Shown here piece after piece: positions 9,669-18,021 of a DNA stretch of 40,994 bases; position 1 is the stretch's first letter, and every line of letters starts with the position of its first letter. A program made the position numbers and the translations under genes. Location: assembly GCA_947085855.1 (NCBI GenBank), contig CAMTYB010000001.1, positions 630,427 to 671,420 on the forward strand. Reading direction: 5' to 3'. This stretch comes from an uncultured Candidatus Saccharibacteria bacterium (lineage in GTDB: Bacteria > Patescibacteriota > Saccharimonadia > Saccharimonadales > 2-12-FULL-41-12). The notes below the pieces were generated by a model. That model was not told where the DNA came from. It saw nothing but the letters and a program-made list of their open reading frames with translations, and made no database searches.

Positions 9669-10397
9669 ATGAGCATTGGTCCCGACTTACAGAAAAAGCT
9701 TCAAGCATATACTGTACCTTCGCGTGCGGTCGATCTCATTCGCTCGTCCAAAATCGTATTTTTAGTTGGCATTACCGCTGCCGGTAAAGACACTGTTATT
9801 GGCCAATTGTTAAAATCTGGTGATTATCATTATATTGTCTCGCACACCACGCGGCTTCCACGTTATAACCAGAGCGTTCTCGAGCAAGACGGCCTCGATT
9901 ATCATTTTGTGGACGAAGCCAAGATGGCCGAACTGCTTGATAATCAAGAACTTATAGAGGCCAAAATTGTTCACGAAAACATCTATGGTACGAGTATTTC
10001 GGAGATTCAAGAAGCTCATGATCGTTCTGAGATTGCAATTAGCGAAGTTGATGTGCAGGGTGCAGCCGAATTCAGAGCAGTCTCAGCTACTGTCCTGCCT
10101 ATTTTTATGCTGCCTCCAAGCTTCCCTGTTTGGCAGGAACGGTTAGTTAAACGCTACGGCGGCAATGTTGACCTGGCCGACCTACATCTTCGGATGAAAA
10201 CAGCTAAATCTGAACTGCAAGATGCGCTTGAAAAAGATTATTTTGAATTTGTTATTAATATTGACTTGGCTGAAACGATTAAAACAGTCGATGCTATCGC
10301 CCACGGTAGTTTATCGTCCAAGAAAAACGATAAAGCCAGAGCCGTGGCCGAGCAGTTGATGGCAGATATTGAAGCATACTGCCAAAATAACGCATAG
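9669..10397 (+). CDS. guanylate kinase-like P-loop kinase, paralog 2
   Basis: P-loop VGITAAGKDT, SHTTRLPR...DGLDYHF with an insertion where the Gly-Glu of the canonical PRxGE normally sits, and a Gmk-like ENIYGTS motif. GAGGA SD upstream. Confidence 0.7.
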   Translation: MSIGPDLQKKLQAYTVPSRAVDLIRSSKIVFLVGITAAGKDTVIGQLLKSGDYHYIVSHTTRLPRYNQSVLEQDGLDYHFVDEAKMAELLDNQELIEAKIVHENIYGTSISEIQEAHDRSEIAISEVDVQGAAEFRAVSATVLPIFMLPPSFPVWQERLVKRYGGNVDLADLHLRMKTAKSELQDALEKDYFEFVINIDLAETIKTVDAIAHGSLSSKKNDKARAVAEQLMADIEAYCQNNA

Positions 10398-10424
10398 CTA
10401 GCACTCTTGACTCCGGAGTGCCAA
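10398..10424 (+). promoter_or_regulatory. CIRCE operator (HrcA binding site) overlapping the hrcA promoter
   Basis: CTAGCACTC-TTGACTCCG-GAGTGCCAA versus the canonical TTAGCACTC-N9-GAGTGCTAA. TTGACT (10407..10412) inside the spacer, 18 nt, then TACAAT (10431..10436) form a sigma-70-type promoter. Confidence 0.8.
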
Positions 10425-10492
10425 TAGCAGTACAATGGCCATAGATATATGGAAGGAATTCCACTGATATTCCAAAGAGTGGATACGATGTC

Positions 10493-11206
10493 ATGACAGC
10501 AATAACGGTAAGACAATCTGAAATTTTGAAGGCTGTTGTTGAAGAATACGCCGAAGTAGCCAGCCCGGTTGGTAGTAATCTGCTAGCCAAAGTTTTTGGC
10601 GTTAGTAGTGCTACGATACGAGCTGAAATGGCTGAGCTGGAACGACTTGGCTACATCATGCAGCCGCACACCAGTGCCGGCCGCATCCCGACCGACAAGG
10701 GTTACCGATTTTACGTAAACATCGTAGCGGAATCGCCAGATGTGCCGATTGAACGTCGTGCCGAACGTGCTCTCGCAGCCCGTGTTGAAGACGGTGGCCT
10801 CCCAGAACAAACTATTAGAAATGCCGTCGATACACTCGTCGAATTAACGCACAACCTTGGCCTCGCAACTATTGGCAATCAGCTGTATATGTCTGGTTTG
10901 AGTAACCTATTCGGTCAGCCAGAATTTTCGACCGGTGCTCAAGCTCAAGAAGTTGCTCGTTTACTCGATAATCTTGAACCATGGCTTTACGAAGCAGCTC
11001 CTAATAAACCGCTTAGTGTCTATATAGGTGCCGAAAATCCAATTGGCCGTAACAGTGGCTGCAGCTTAATTATCAGCCGCTTTAGGAGCCCGTACAGTGA
11101 CCGTAGTTACATTGGTGTGCTTGGTCCAACACGACAGAGTTACAAGGGCACGATGGGCTTAGTTCAGCGAGCCGGCCAAGCTTTAGAGGAGGTCATGTAT
11201 GAGTAG
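10493..11206 (+). CDS. hrcA: heat-inducible transcription repressor HrcA (compact form)
   Basis: N-terminal wHTH (RQSEILKAVVEEYAEVASPVGSNLL...SSATIRAEMAELERLGYIMQPHTSAGRIPTDKGYRFYV) and the C-terminal IGVLGPTRQSY motif. It is only 237 aa; HrcA is about 340 aa from memory. Confidence 0.85.
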   Translation: MTAITVRQSEILKAVVEEYAEVASPVGSNLLAKVFGVSSATIRAEMAELERLGYIMQPHTSAGRIPTDKGYRFYVNIVAESPDVPIERRAERALAARVEDGGLPEQTIRNAVDTLVELTHNLGLATIGNQLYMSGLSNLFGQPEFSTGAQAQEVARLLDNLEPWLYEAAPNKPLSVYIGAENPIGRNSGCSLIISRFRSPYSDRSYIGVLGPTRQSYKGTMGLVQRAGQALEEVMYE

Positions 11207-11735
11207 CCCAATTTCTGACATTAACAATCCAGCCGGCAATCCTGCTAAGCCAAATAAAGGCGTAGCTAGCAAAGTAAAAGCTGCCATCAATAATGACCGC
11301 AAACAGCTCGAAGCCCAGGTTGCCGAACTGACCGAAGCCTTGCAGCGTGAGCGAGCTGATGTTACTAACATTCGCCGTCGTCACGACGAACAGATTCAAA
11401 ACCTGCGTGTGAGCGTCAAAGCGAGCGTTATCCGAGACTTGTTGCCGGCTATCGATAACTTGGAACGAGCCCTCAAACACACCCCCCAAGACCTGGCAGA
11501 TCATGACTACGTCAAAGGTGTATCTGGTGTTGTTAAGCAATTCGAGAAAACCCTTCAAGTTCTTGGAGTAGAGCGGGTTAAAACTGTCGGGGAACCCTTC
11601 GACCCACGCTACCACGAAGCTATCAGTATGGAGCAGGGTGATGGCAGCAAGGAAATCGTCAGCGAAGAACTACAGGCTGGCTATACCCTTGGTGGCGAAG
11701 TCATTCGTCACGCCATGGTTCGCGTCAAGAGTTAG
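11199..11735 (+). CDS. grpE: nucleotide exchange factor GrpE
   Basis: GrpE motifs LQRERADVTNIRRRHDEQ and GEPFDPRYHEAIS...GYTLGGEVIRHAMVRV. Overlaps the hrcA stop by 8 nt. Confidence 0.9.
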   Translation: MSSPISDINNPAGNPAKPNKGVASKVKAAINNDRKQLEAQVAELTEALQRERADVTNIRRRHDEQIQNLRVSVKASVIRDLLPAIDNLERALKHTPQDLADHDYVKGVSGVVKQFEKTLQVLGVERVKTVGEPFDPRYHEAISMEQGDGSKEIVSEELQAGYTLGGEVIRHAMVRVKS

Positions 11736-11799
11736 TTTACGCAACTTGTCATTCATGGTATGTTCGGTTCATACAAGCTACTTAGTAAGGAGAGAGCAG

Positions 11800-12159
11800 A
11801 TGGCAATACCTCAATTTTTTAGTGGCCATACAGGTCCGTGGTCAAATGGCATAGAAACACTAAGAGTAGCTGAGGCTATGGCTTCCGTAGCCAAAAATGG
11901 CGAAGCTCCAGGCGTTGAAGTGCTGGTTATCGAAGCGCTTAGAACAGGTACTATGTTACAGCACTCTACTTCACCGGAAGAAGGTCCACGCTTTGTTGAG
12001 TCTAGCTATGTGCAAGCTGAGCTTGGGCTGTATAGATATGATAAAGATCTTCCATGTCTTGTTGGCATTCGTAGCCATGATGAAGATACGCTTACAAGGT
12101 TCCACCAGGCTGTCACGAGAGAGCTTAATCCGAACGCTTTTACTCCAACTTTTGAATAA
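11800..12159 (+). CDS. hypothetical protein (119 aa) between grpE and dnaK
   Basis: ATG at 11800 preceded by AAGGAGAG. No motif recognised. The track start at 11638 would overlap grpE by about 100 nt. Confidence 0.55.
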   Translation: MAIPQFFSGHTGPWSNGIETLRVAEAMASVAKNGEAPGVEVLVIEALRTGTMLQHSTSPEEGPRFVESSYVQAELGLYRYDKDLPCLVGIRSHDEDTLTRFHQAVTRELNPNAFTPTFE

Positions 12160-12203
12160 AAAATTAGAATCAAATCTAGCCAAAACAGAGGTGAAAAACA
12201 TAA

Positions 12204-12230
12204 TTAGCACTCTTGACATGTGAGTGCCAA
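12204..12230 (+). promoter_or_regulatory. CIRCE operator overlapping the dnaK promoter
   Basis: TTAGCACTC-TTGACATGT-GAGTGCCAA. TTGACA (12213..12218) in the spacer, 18 nt, then TATACT (12237..12242). Confidence 0.85.
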
Positions 12231-12297
12231 TTGTCATATACTGGCAGTACATATATACGACTGCTAATTATCATTTTGAAGAAAGGATAATCATAAC

Positions 12298-14223
12298 ATG
12301 GGAAAAATTATAGGAATTGACCTCGGTACCACTAACTCTGCGATGGCAGTGATGCAGGGTGGTAAGCCAGAAATTATTGCTAACTCAGAAGGCAACCGTA
12401 CTACACCAAGTGTGGTAGCTATTAATAAAAATAGCGAACGCTTAGCTGGCCAAGTTGCCAATCGACAGCGCGTTACTAACCCTACTAACACTATCTTTGG
12501 CGTAAAGCGCCTAATTGGTCGCAAATTTACCGATAAAGAAGTGCAGCGCGACATCGACCTGATGCCGTATACGATCAGCAAAGCTGGCACCGGTGTTAAA
12601 GTTGAAATGGCCGACAAGAAATACAGCCCGGAAGAAGTTAGCGCAATGATTTTGAGCAAGCTCAAAGCCGATGCCGAAGCCTTCCTCGGTGAACCAGTAA
12701 CCGAAGCTGTTATTACTGTTCCAGCTTACTTTGATGACTCACAAAGACAGGCGACTAAGGACGCCGGTAAGATTGCTGGCCTCGAAGTTAAGCGTATTAT
12801 CAACGAGCCGACTGCAGCTGCTTTGGCGTACGGTCTGGATAAAGGCAAAGAAGAAAAAATTGCTGTCTTTGACCTCGGTGGCGGTACTTTTGACGTCTCT
12901 ATTTTGCAACTTGGTGATGGCGTGTTTGAAGTCCTTTCGACTAATGGTGACACCCACCTCGGTGGTGAAGACTTTGACCTGCGCATTGTTAACCACTTTG
13001 TAGATGAGTTCAAAAAAGAATCTGGACTTAACGTCAAAGACGACAAGGCAGCTATGCAACGCCTAAAAGAAGAAGCTGAAAAAGCCAAGAAAGAACTCTC
13101 AACTACTGAAGTCGCTGACATTAATCTGCCCTTCCTGACAGCTGACGCTGATGGTCCAAAGCACTTTGAATATAAGTTGACCCGCGCTAAGTTAGTCGAC
13201 CTTGTGCAAGATCTGATCGACAACACTGCTAAGCCTGTCGAGAAAGCCTTGAAAGACGCTAAGCTCAAACCAGCCGACATCAACGAAATTGTCTTGGTTG
13301 GTGGTATGACTCGCATGCCTGCGGTCATCGATAAAGTGAAGAGCATTTTTGGCAAAGAACCAAAGCAAGGTGTTAACCCAGACGAAGTTGTAGCTGTTGG
13401 TGCTGCCATCCAGGGCGGTGTTTTGCAAGGTGACGTCAAAGACGTTTTGTTGCTCGACGTAACTCCGCTGAGCCTTGGTATCGAAACTCTGGGCGGTGTA
13501 GCCACTAAGCTGATTGAACGCAATACAACCATCCCTACCAGCAAGAGCGAAGTGTTCTCGACTGCTGCCGATAATCAGCCGCAAGTAGAGATCCATGTTG
13601 TTCAAGGTGAACGAGAAATGGTAAACGACAACAAATCACTCGGTCGCTTTGTACTTGATGGTATCCCGTCAGCACCGCGTGGTGTGCCGCAAATCGAAGT
13701 TACCTTTAATCTCGATGCTAACGGTATCCTGAACGTAACCGCTAAAGATAAAGGCAGCGGTAAAGAACAGAGTATTACTATCCAAAACAGCGGTAACTTA
13801 AGTAAAGACGAAGTTGAAAAAGCTGCCAAAGAAGCTGAAGCTCATGCCGAAGAAGACAAGAAAAAGCGTGAATCAGCTGAAGCTAAAAACCTCTTTGACA
13901 ACGCAATTTACCAAGCCGAAAAGATGCCAACTGAATTCAAAGACAAGCTATCTGATGAAGATAAGAAAGTCATCGAAGAAGCTGTTGAAGTTGCCAAGAA
14001 AGTTCAGTCAGACGAAAAAGCTGACAAAGAAACCCTAGGAGCTGCTACCAAAGCTCTGAACGATACGATCATGCCAATTGGTGCCAAAATGTACGAGCAA
14101 GCCCAAGCCGAAGAATCTGATGAAGAGGACAAATCTGATGACAAAAAAGCTAGCAAAGATGAGCCAATTGAGGGCGAAGTTGTAGACGACAAAGACTCTA
14201 AAAAAGACAAGAAGAAAAAGTAA
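12298..14223 (+). CDS. dnaK: molecular chaperone DnaK (Hsp70)
   Basis: Hsp70 signatures [21 protein letters not shown] and [19 protein letters not shown] upstream. Confidence 0.98.
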   Translation: MGKIIGIDLGTTNSAMAVMQGGKPEIIANSEGNRTTPSVVAINKNSERLAGQVANRQRVTNPTNTIFGVKRLIGRKFTDKEVQRDIDLMPYTISKAGTGVKVEMADKKYSPEEVSAMILSKLKADAEAFLGEPVTEAVITVPAYFDDSQRQATKDAGKIAGLEVKRIINEPTAAALAYGLDKGKEEKIAVFDLGGGTFDVSILQLGDGVFEVLSTNGDTHLGGEDFDLRIVNHFVDEFKKESGLNVKDDKAAMQRLKEEAEKAKKELSTTEVADINLPFLTADADGPKHFEYKLTRAKLVDLVQDLIDNTAKPVEKALKDAKLKPADINEIVLVGGMTRMPAVIDKVKSIFGKEPKQGVNPDEVVAVGAAIQGGVLQGDVKDVLLLDVTPLSLGIETLGGVATKLIERNTTIPTSKSEVFSTAADNQPQVEIHVVQGEREMVNDNKSLGRFVLDGIPSAPRGVPQIEVTFNLDANGILNVTAKDKGSGKEQSITIQNSGNLSKDEVEKAAKEAEAHAEEDKKKRESAEAKNLFDNAIYQAEKMPTEFKDKLSDEDKKVIEEAVEVAKKVQSDEKADKETLGAATKALNDTIMPIGAKMYEQAQAEESDEEDKSDDKKASKDEPIEGEVVDDKDSKKDKKKK

Positions 14224-14285
14224 CCCCCTACTGTAGCTTCTCCTGAGGGCGATAAACATAATAATAAATGGTACGATAGATATCT

Positions 14286-15404
14286 ATGGCGAAGCGTGAT
14301 TACTATGAAGTTTTGGGCCTGAAGAAGGATGCCTCTGATGATGAAATCAAGAAGGCCTTTCGTCGCGTTGCTGTAGAGCATCACCCAGATCGCGGTGGCG
14401 ATGAAACTAAATTCAAAGAAGCCAACGAGGCCTATGAGGTCCTAAAAGACCCGGCTAAGCGGCAGCGTTATGATCAGTTTGGTCATGCAGGCGTCGGTGG
14501 TGCGGCTGGTGGTGCTGGTGGTAACCCATTCGGCGGCTTTGGCGGCGCGGGTTCAGACCAAGAAATTCACTTTGACTTTGGTGATCTTGGCCTCGGTGAC
14601 ATCCTTGGTAGTTTCTTTGGTGGTAACGCTGGCGGTGGTGGCCGATCAAATCGCCGTGAAGCCCGAGGCAATGATGTTGAGATAGTCATTGAGCTATCGT
14701 TTGAAGAGGCTATTTTTGGTGTCGAGCGTGACGTAAAACTTAACCTTAAGGACACCTGCTCACACTGTAAAGGTACGACTGCCGAGCCTGGTCACGAGCT
14801 CAAATCATGCGATACGTGCAATGGGTCTGGTCAAGTAACTCAGGCTATGCGTACGGTTTTTGGTAACATCCAGCAAGCGACCGTTTGCCCGACCTGTAAG
14901 GGCATGGGTAAAGTTCCAGAAAAGATTTGTACGGTTTGTCGTGGCAGTGGTACCGAGAAGAAGACACAGACCATTCCACTAAAAGTTCCGGCTGGTATTG
15001 ATGACGGAGCGACGATTCGTTTACGCGAGCACGGGGAAGCAATTGCCCACGGGCCAAAAGGCGACCTGTACGTTCACGTGCGAGTTAAACCGCACAAACA
15101 GTTCACACGTGAGGGCGAATTAATATTGAGTGAAGAACATGTTGATATGGTAGACGCAGCACTTGGTACAGAAATTGAAGTGGCAACGGTCGATGGTCCA
15201 GTGCAGATGAAGATTCCAGCTGGTACCCAAAGCGGCACGGACTTCAAGCTAGCTGGTCATGGAGCGCCTCGCTTGCGTAGCGACGCCCGTGGTGCCCACA
15301 TAGTCACCATTCTTGTTGACACACCAACCAAGCTTTCTAAAGAGCAGACTGAGTTACTGAATTCGTTCAAAGATTCCAACAAAAAAGGCCGATTTGGCTT
15401 TTAG
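14286..15404 (+). CDS. dnaJ: molecular chaperone DnaJ
   Basis: J-domain with HPD (VEHHPDRGGD), a G/F-rich linker, and four CxxCxGxG zinc-finger repeats (CSHCKGTT, CDTCNGSG, CPTCKGMG, CTVCRGSG). Confidence 0.97.
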   Translation: MAKRDYYEVLGLKKDASDDEIKKAFRRVAVEHHPDRGGDETKFKEANEAYEVLKDPAKRQRYDQFGHAGVGGAAGGAGGNPFGGFGGAGSDQEIHFDFGDLGLGDILGSFFGGNAGGGGRSNRREARGNDVEIVIELSFEEAIFGVERDVKLNLKDTCSHCKGTTAEPGHELKSCDTCNGSGQVTQAMRTVFGNIQQATVCPTCKGMGKVPEKICTVCRGSGTEKKTQTIPLKVPAGIDDGATIRLREHGEAIAHGPKGDLYVHVRVKPHKQFTREGELILSEEHVDMVDAALGTEIEVATVDGPVQMKIPAGTQSGTDFKLAGHGAPRLRSDARGAHIVTILVDTPTKLSKEQTELLNSFKDSNKKGRFGF

Positions 15405-15454
15405 TATTGCTGTAACTCCTTTCCAGTTACTAAGCATTAGCGTACAATAATTAC

Positions 15455-15571
15455 ATGAAACTAAAAGGCCAACAAGAGGGCTTTTTTACCATGATTGTAG
15501 TTCTCGTCCTGATCTTGGTAGCCGCTGTATTTTTTGCATATATGCGTGTAAAAGGTGCGCAACAGGGGTAG
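15455..15571 (+). CDS. candidate 38-aa single-TM micro-protein (speculative)
   Basis: Manual translation: MKLKGQQEGFFTMIVVLVLILVAAVFFAYMRVKGAQQG*. TACAAT (15443..15448) lies exactly 6 nt before the ATG, the same layout as neighbouring genes. It is below the ORF-track length cutoff. Confidence 0.3.
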   Translation: MKLKGQQEGFFTMIVVLVLILVAAVFFAYMRVKGAQQG

Positions 15572-15575
15572 AGTA

Positions 15576-15605
15576 TTGACATTAAGGCACGAAAGATGCT
15601 ATAAT
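15576..15605 (+). promoter_or_regulatory. near-consensus sigma-70 promoter abutting the start codon of the rimK-module operon
   Basis: TTGACA (15576..15581), 18 nt, then TGcTATAAT (15597..15605). The ATG at 15612 is 6 nt after the -10 hexamer, so a leaderless transcript is predicted. Confidence 0.65.
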
Positions 15606-15611
15606 AAATAG

Positions 15612-16061
15612 ATGTCTTCACGTGTTATCGGTACATTTTCGCTCGTAGATTTCCCAGAGTTTGGCACTGAACGGGTAGCCGCCAAAATCGATACGGGGGC
15701 CTATACTGGTGCCTTGCACTGTTCAAGTATTGAAGAGCGTGAAGTAGAAGGTGGCACTGTTCTCTACTTTGTACCGCACGGTAGTGTAAACATTGTCCAA
15801 AGAGATAATTTTGCCGTTAAACACGTCAAGAGTTCTAATGGCAAGCGTGAAACTAGATATTTCATTACTACAGTTATTGCTGTCCAAAAGCAAAGCTTTG
15901 AGATTACGCTAAGCCTAACTAATCGTAGCGAAATGCGTTGGCCAGTGTTAATTGGTCGCCGGTTCCTAAAGCAACATAAATTTTTAATTGACCCGACGCT
16001 CGGGAGCGGGTATCGTGTTCAGGCGAGCTCACCCTCTAAACCTGCAGCTGACCCCAAATAA
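15612..16061 (+). CDS. RimK-associated retropepsin-like/'ATP-dependent zinc protease' family protein (DUF785-like)
   Basis: Motifs AAKIDTGAYTGALHC, VKSSNGKRETRY and LTNRSEMRWPVLIGRRFL...FLIDP match my memory of PF05618. It lies directly upstream of rimK, as is typical for this family. Confidence 0.75.
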   Translation: MSSRVIGTFSLVDFPEFGTERVAAKIDTGAYTGALHCSSIEEREVEGGTVLYFVPHGSVNIVQRDNFAVKHVKSSNGKRETRYFITTVIAVQKQSFEITLSLTNRSEMRWPVLIGRRFLKQHKFLIDPTLGSGYRVQASSPSKPAADPK

Positions 16062-16094
16062 CCAAAAAGCAACCAACCAAGAAAGACCAAGCTT

Positions 16095-16997
16095 ATGCGC
16101 ATCGCAATTCTATCTAAAGGTAGTGCCAACTTCTCAACTCTCCGACTTAAGGAAGAGGCGATAGCTCGCGGCCACGAAGTCCGCATCATTAACTATGCTC
16201 AGTGCTATGTAACGGTAGAACGCAGTAATCCGATCGTCCGCTACAAAGGCGAAGACCTGAATGACTTTGATGTCGTAATTCCTAGGATTGCGGCTAGTTT
16301 GACGAAGTATGGTACTTCAATTGTCCGTCAATTCGAGATGCAAGGTGTCTATACTACGGCTAGCTCCATTGCTGTTGTTCGTTCCCGCGATAAGCTTCGA
16401 GCGACGCAGCTGCTAGCCAAAGCTGGCGTTGATATTCCTAAAACGGTCTTTGCTCGCGACACGGCTGATCTGCATGACGTCATTGACCAAGCCGGTGGTA
16501 CGCCGCTGATCATTAAGGTAGCCCGTGGTACTCACGGCAACGGTGTCGTACTAGCAGAGACAAAAAAGGCCGCGCAAGCGGTAATGCAGGCCTTCCATGT
16601 TGAGGGCGTGAGCTTCTTGGTGCAAGAATTTATCAAGGAGTCGGCCGGTACCGATATTCGTGCCTTTGTAGTCGGCGGTCGAGTAGTTGCTAGCATGCAA
16701 CGCCAAAGCCTAGATGATGATTTTCGATCCAATATTCACCAAGGTGGTGCAGGCTCACCAATCAAATTGACACTTCAGGAGCGCAAGACTGCTGTTAAAG
16801 CGGCTAAAGCTATGGGCTTGCCAATTTGTGGTGTCGATATGATGCGATCTGACCGTGGGCCACTGGTTTTGGAAGTTAATTCTAGCCCGGGCTTTGCTAT
16901 CGAAAAAGTTACTGGCCGCAATGTGGCTGTTAAAATAATTGAATATGTCGAACAGAATGCTCGCGGCAAGCGCAAAAAAGATAAAGTCGGCGCTTAA
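16095..16997 (+). CDS. rimK: ATP-grasp ribosomal protein S6 glutamate ligase RimK family
   Basis: 300-aa ATP-grasp protein with typical RimK length and layout: MRIAILS..., PLIIKVARGTHGNGVVLAE, FLVQEFIKESAGTDIRAFVVGGRVV, GVDMMRSDRGPLVLEVNSSPG. Confidence 0.9.
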   Translation: MRIAILSKGSANFSTLRLKEEAIARGHEVRIINYAQCYVTVERSNPIVRYKGEDLNDFDVVIPRIAASLTKYGTSIVRQFEMQGVYTTASSIAVVRSRDKLRATQLLAKAGVDIPKTVFARDTADLHDVIDQAGGTPLIIKVARGTHGNGVVLAETKKAAQAVMQAFHVEGVSFLVQEFIKESAGTDIRAFVVGGRVVASMQRQSLDDDFRSNIHQGGAGSPIKLTLQERKTAVKAAKAMGLPICGVDMMRSDRGPLVLEVNSSPGFAIEKVTGRNVAVKIIEYVEQNARGKRKKDKVGA

Positions 16998-17499
16998 GTC
17001 ACCAGTTTTTATTGGTGTCTTGATTGCGGTTAGCTTTGCCGCAATCGGATTTTTTATTGTATCTCAAAGGTCTGACGACGAGCCGGCTAATCCAGCTGTC
17101 TCGTTTGTAACTGATCAAGTTACGCCAGAGGAGCCAGCTCCTGCGTGTGGCAGCGGATTGCTCGTCCGTGGTGTCTGTCTGAAGATCGAAGCTGCCAAGA
17201 CACCAGAAGCTCGTACGCAAGGCTTATCGGGTAGAGAGAACTTGGCAGCCGACACGGCCATGGTGTTTTATTTTGATGCCCCGGGACAGCAGTGCTTTTG
17301 GATGAAAGATATGAAATTTAGTATTGATATGATCTGGCTGGATGAAGATAAGCGAGTCCTCAAAGTCGCCGACAATGTCAGCCCGCAAACCTACCCAGAA
17401 TCGTTCTGTCAGGCAGACGCTCAGTACGTGGCTGAAGTACCAGCTGGCCAGGCTCAAAAGTACAATCTTGTGGTCGGCCAACAGGTAGAATTCGAGTGA
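16939..17499 (+). CDS. DUF192 domain protein with N-terminal signal anchor
   Basis: DUF192-like core (AAKTPEARTQGLSGRENLAADTAMVFYFDAPGQQCFWMKDMKFSIDMIWLDEDKRVLKV...YVAEVPAG). The start is uncertain: the track start overlaps rimK by 59 nt. Confidence 0.7.
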   Translation: MNMSNRMLAASAKKIKSALKSPVFIGVLIAVSFAAIGFFIVSQRSDDEPANPAVSFVTDQVTPEEPAPACGSGLLVRGVCLKIEAAKTPEARTQGLSGRENLAADTAMVFYFDAPGQQCFWMKDMKFSIDMIWLDEDKRVLKVADNVSPQTYPESFCQADAQYVAEVPAGQAQKYNLVVGQQVEFE

Positions 17500-17532
17500 T
17501 TATTTGTAGCTTGTTTGTGCTAAAGTAGGTTC

Positions 17533-18021
17533 ATGACTGAAATGCTTATCCTTGGCGGCTTAACCGCTGGTCTATGGTTGGTGCTGCTGTTTTTGCGCGT
17601 TACATCGAGTATTGCTTTCCTCAGCCTACTGATTGGACAGCTACTTTCAACAGAGGTTGATGACGACATTTACAGCCTGATAAGTTCGATGATGAACGTT
17701 CCTGACCCACGATATGTACAAATAGGTTTACTGATAGCACCACTGGCTTTAACTATCTTGATTCTGCATGGGCGAGTCGCCAAATCTAAAGTCTTTATAG
17801 AAGCAGTGCCGTTACTGCTACTGTCAGCTCTGACTCTAGTACTCTTGGGTCCACTTCTGGATCCTTTAAACAATCTATTGCAGACAGCGACCAACGGTCA
17901 ACTGACGGCCTATAAGAGTATTATTGTGGTGGCAGCTTCAGCTTCTGGTTTAGTAAGTGCTTGGCTCAGCTATCCGAAAGCTGTCCACCTGGGCAAATCA
18001 AAGAAGCACGCTAAGCACTAG
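17533..18021 (+). CDS. hypothetical polytopic membrane protein
   Basis: 162-aa hydrophobic ORF. An extended -10 (TGcTAAAGT, 17518..17526) lies 6 nt before the ATG. Confidence 0.6.
   Translation: MTEMLILGGLTAGLWLVLLFLRVTSSIAFLSLLIGQLLSTEVDDDIYSLISSMMNVPDPRYVQIGLLIAPLALTILILHGRVAKSKVFIEAVPLLLLSALTLVLLGPLLDPLNNLLQTATNGQLTAYKSIIVVAASASGLVSAWLSYPKAVHLGKSKKHAKH

Noticed and set aside
12726-13544. A 272-aa ORF antisense to dnaK, plus other antisense ORFs at 12291..12665 and 13192..13605.
   Set aside because: It lies entirely within the strongly supported dnaK CDS. The protein is Ser/Pro/Thr/Ala-rich nonsense-like. Long antisense ORFs in hsp70 genes are a known codon-bias artefact. No start or promoter context.
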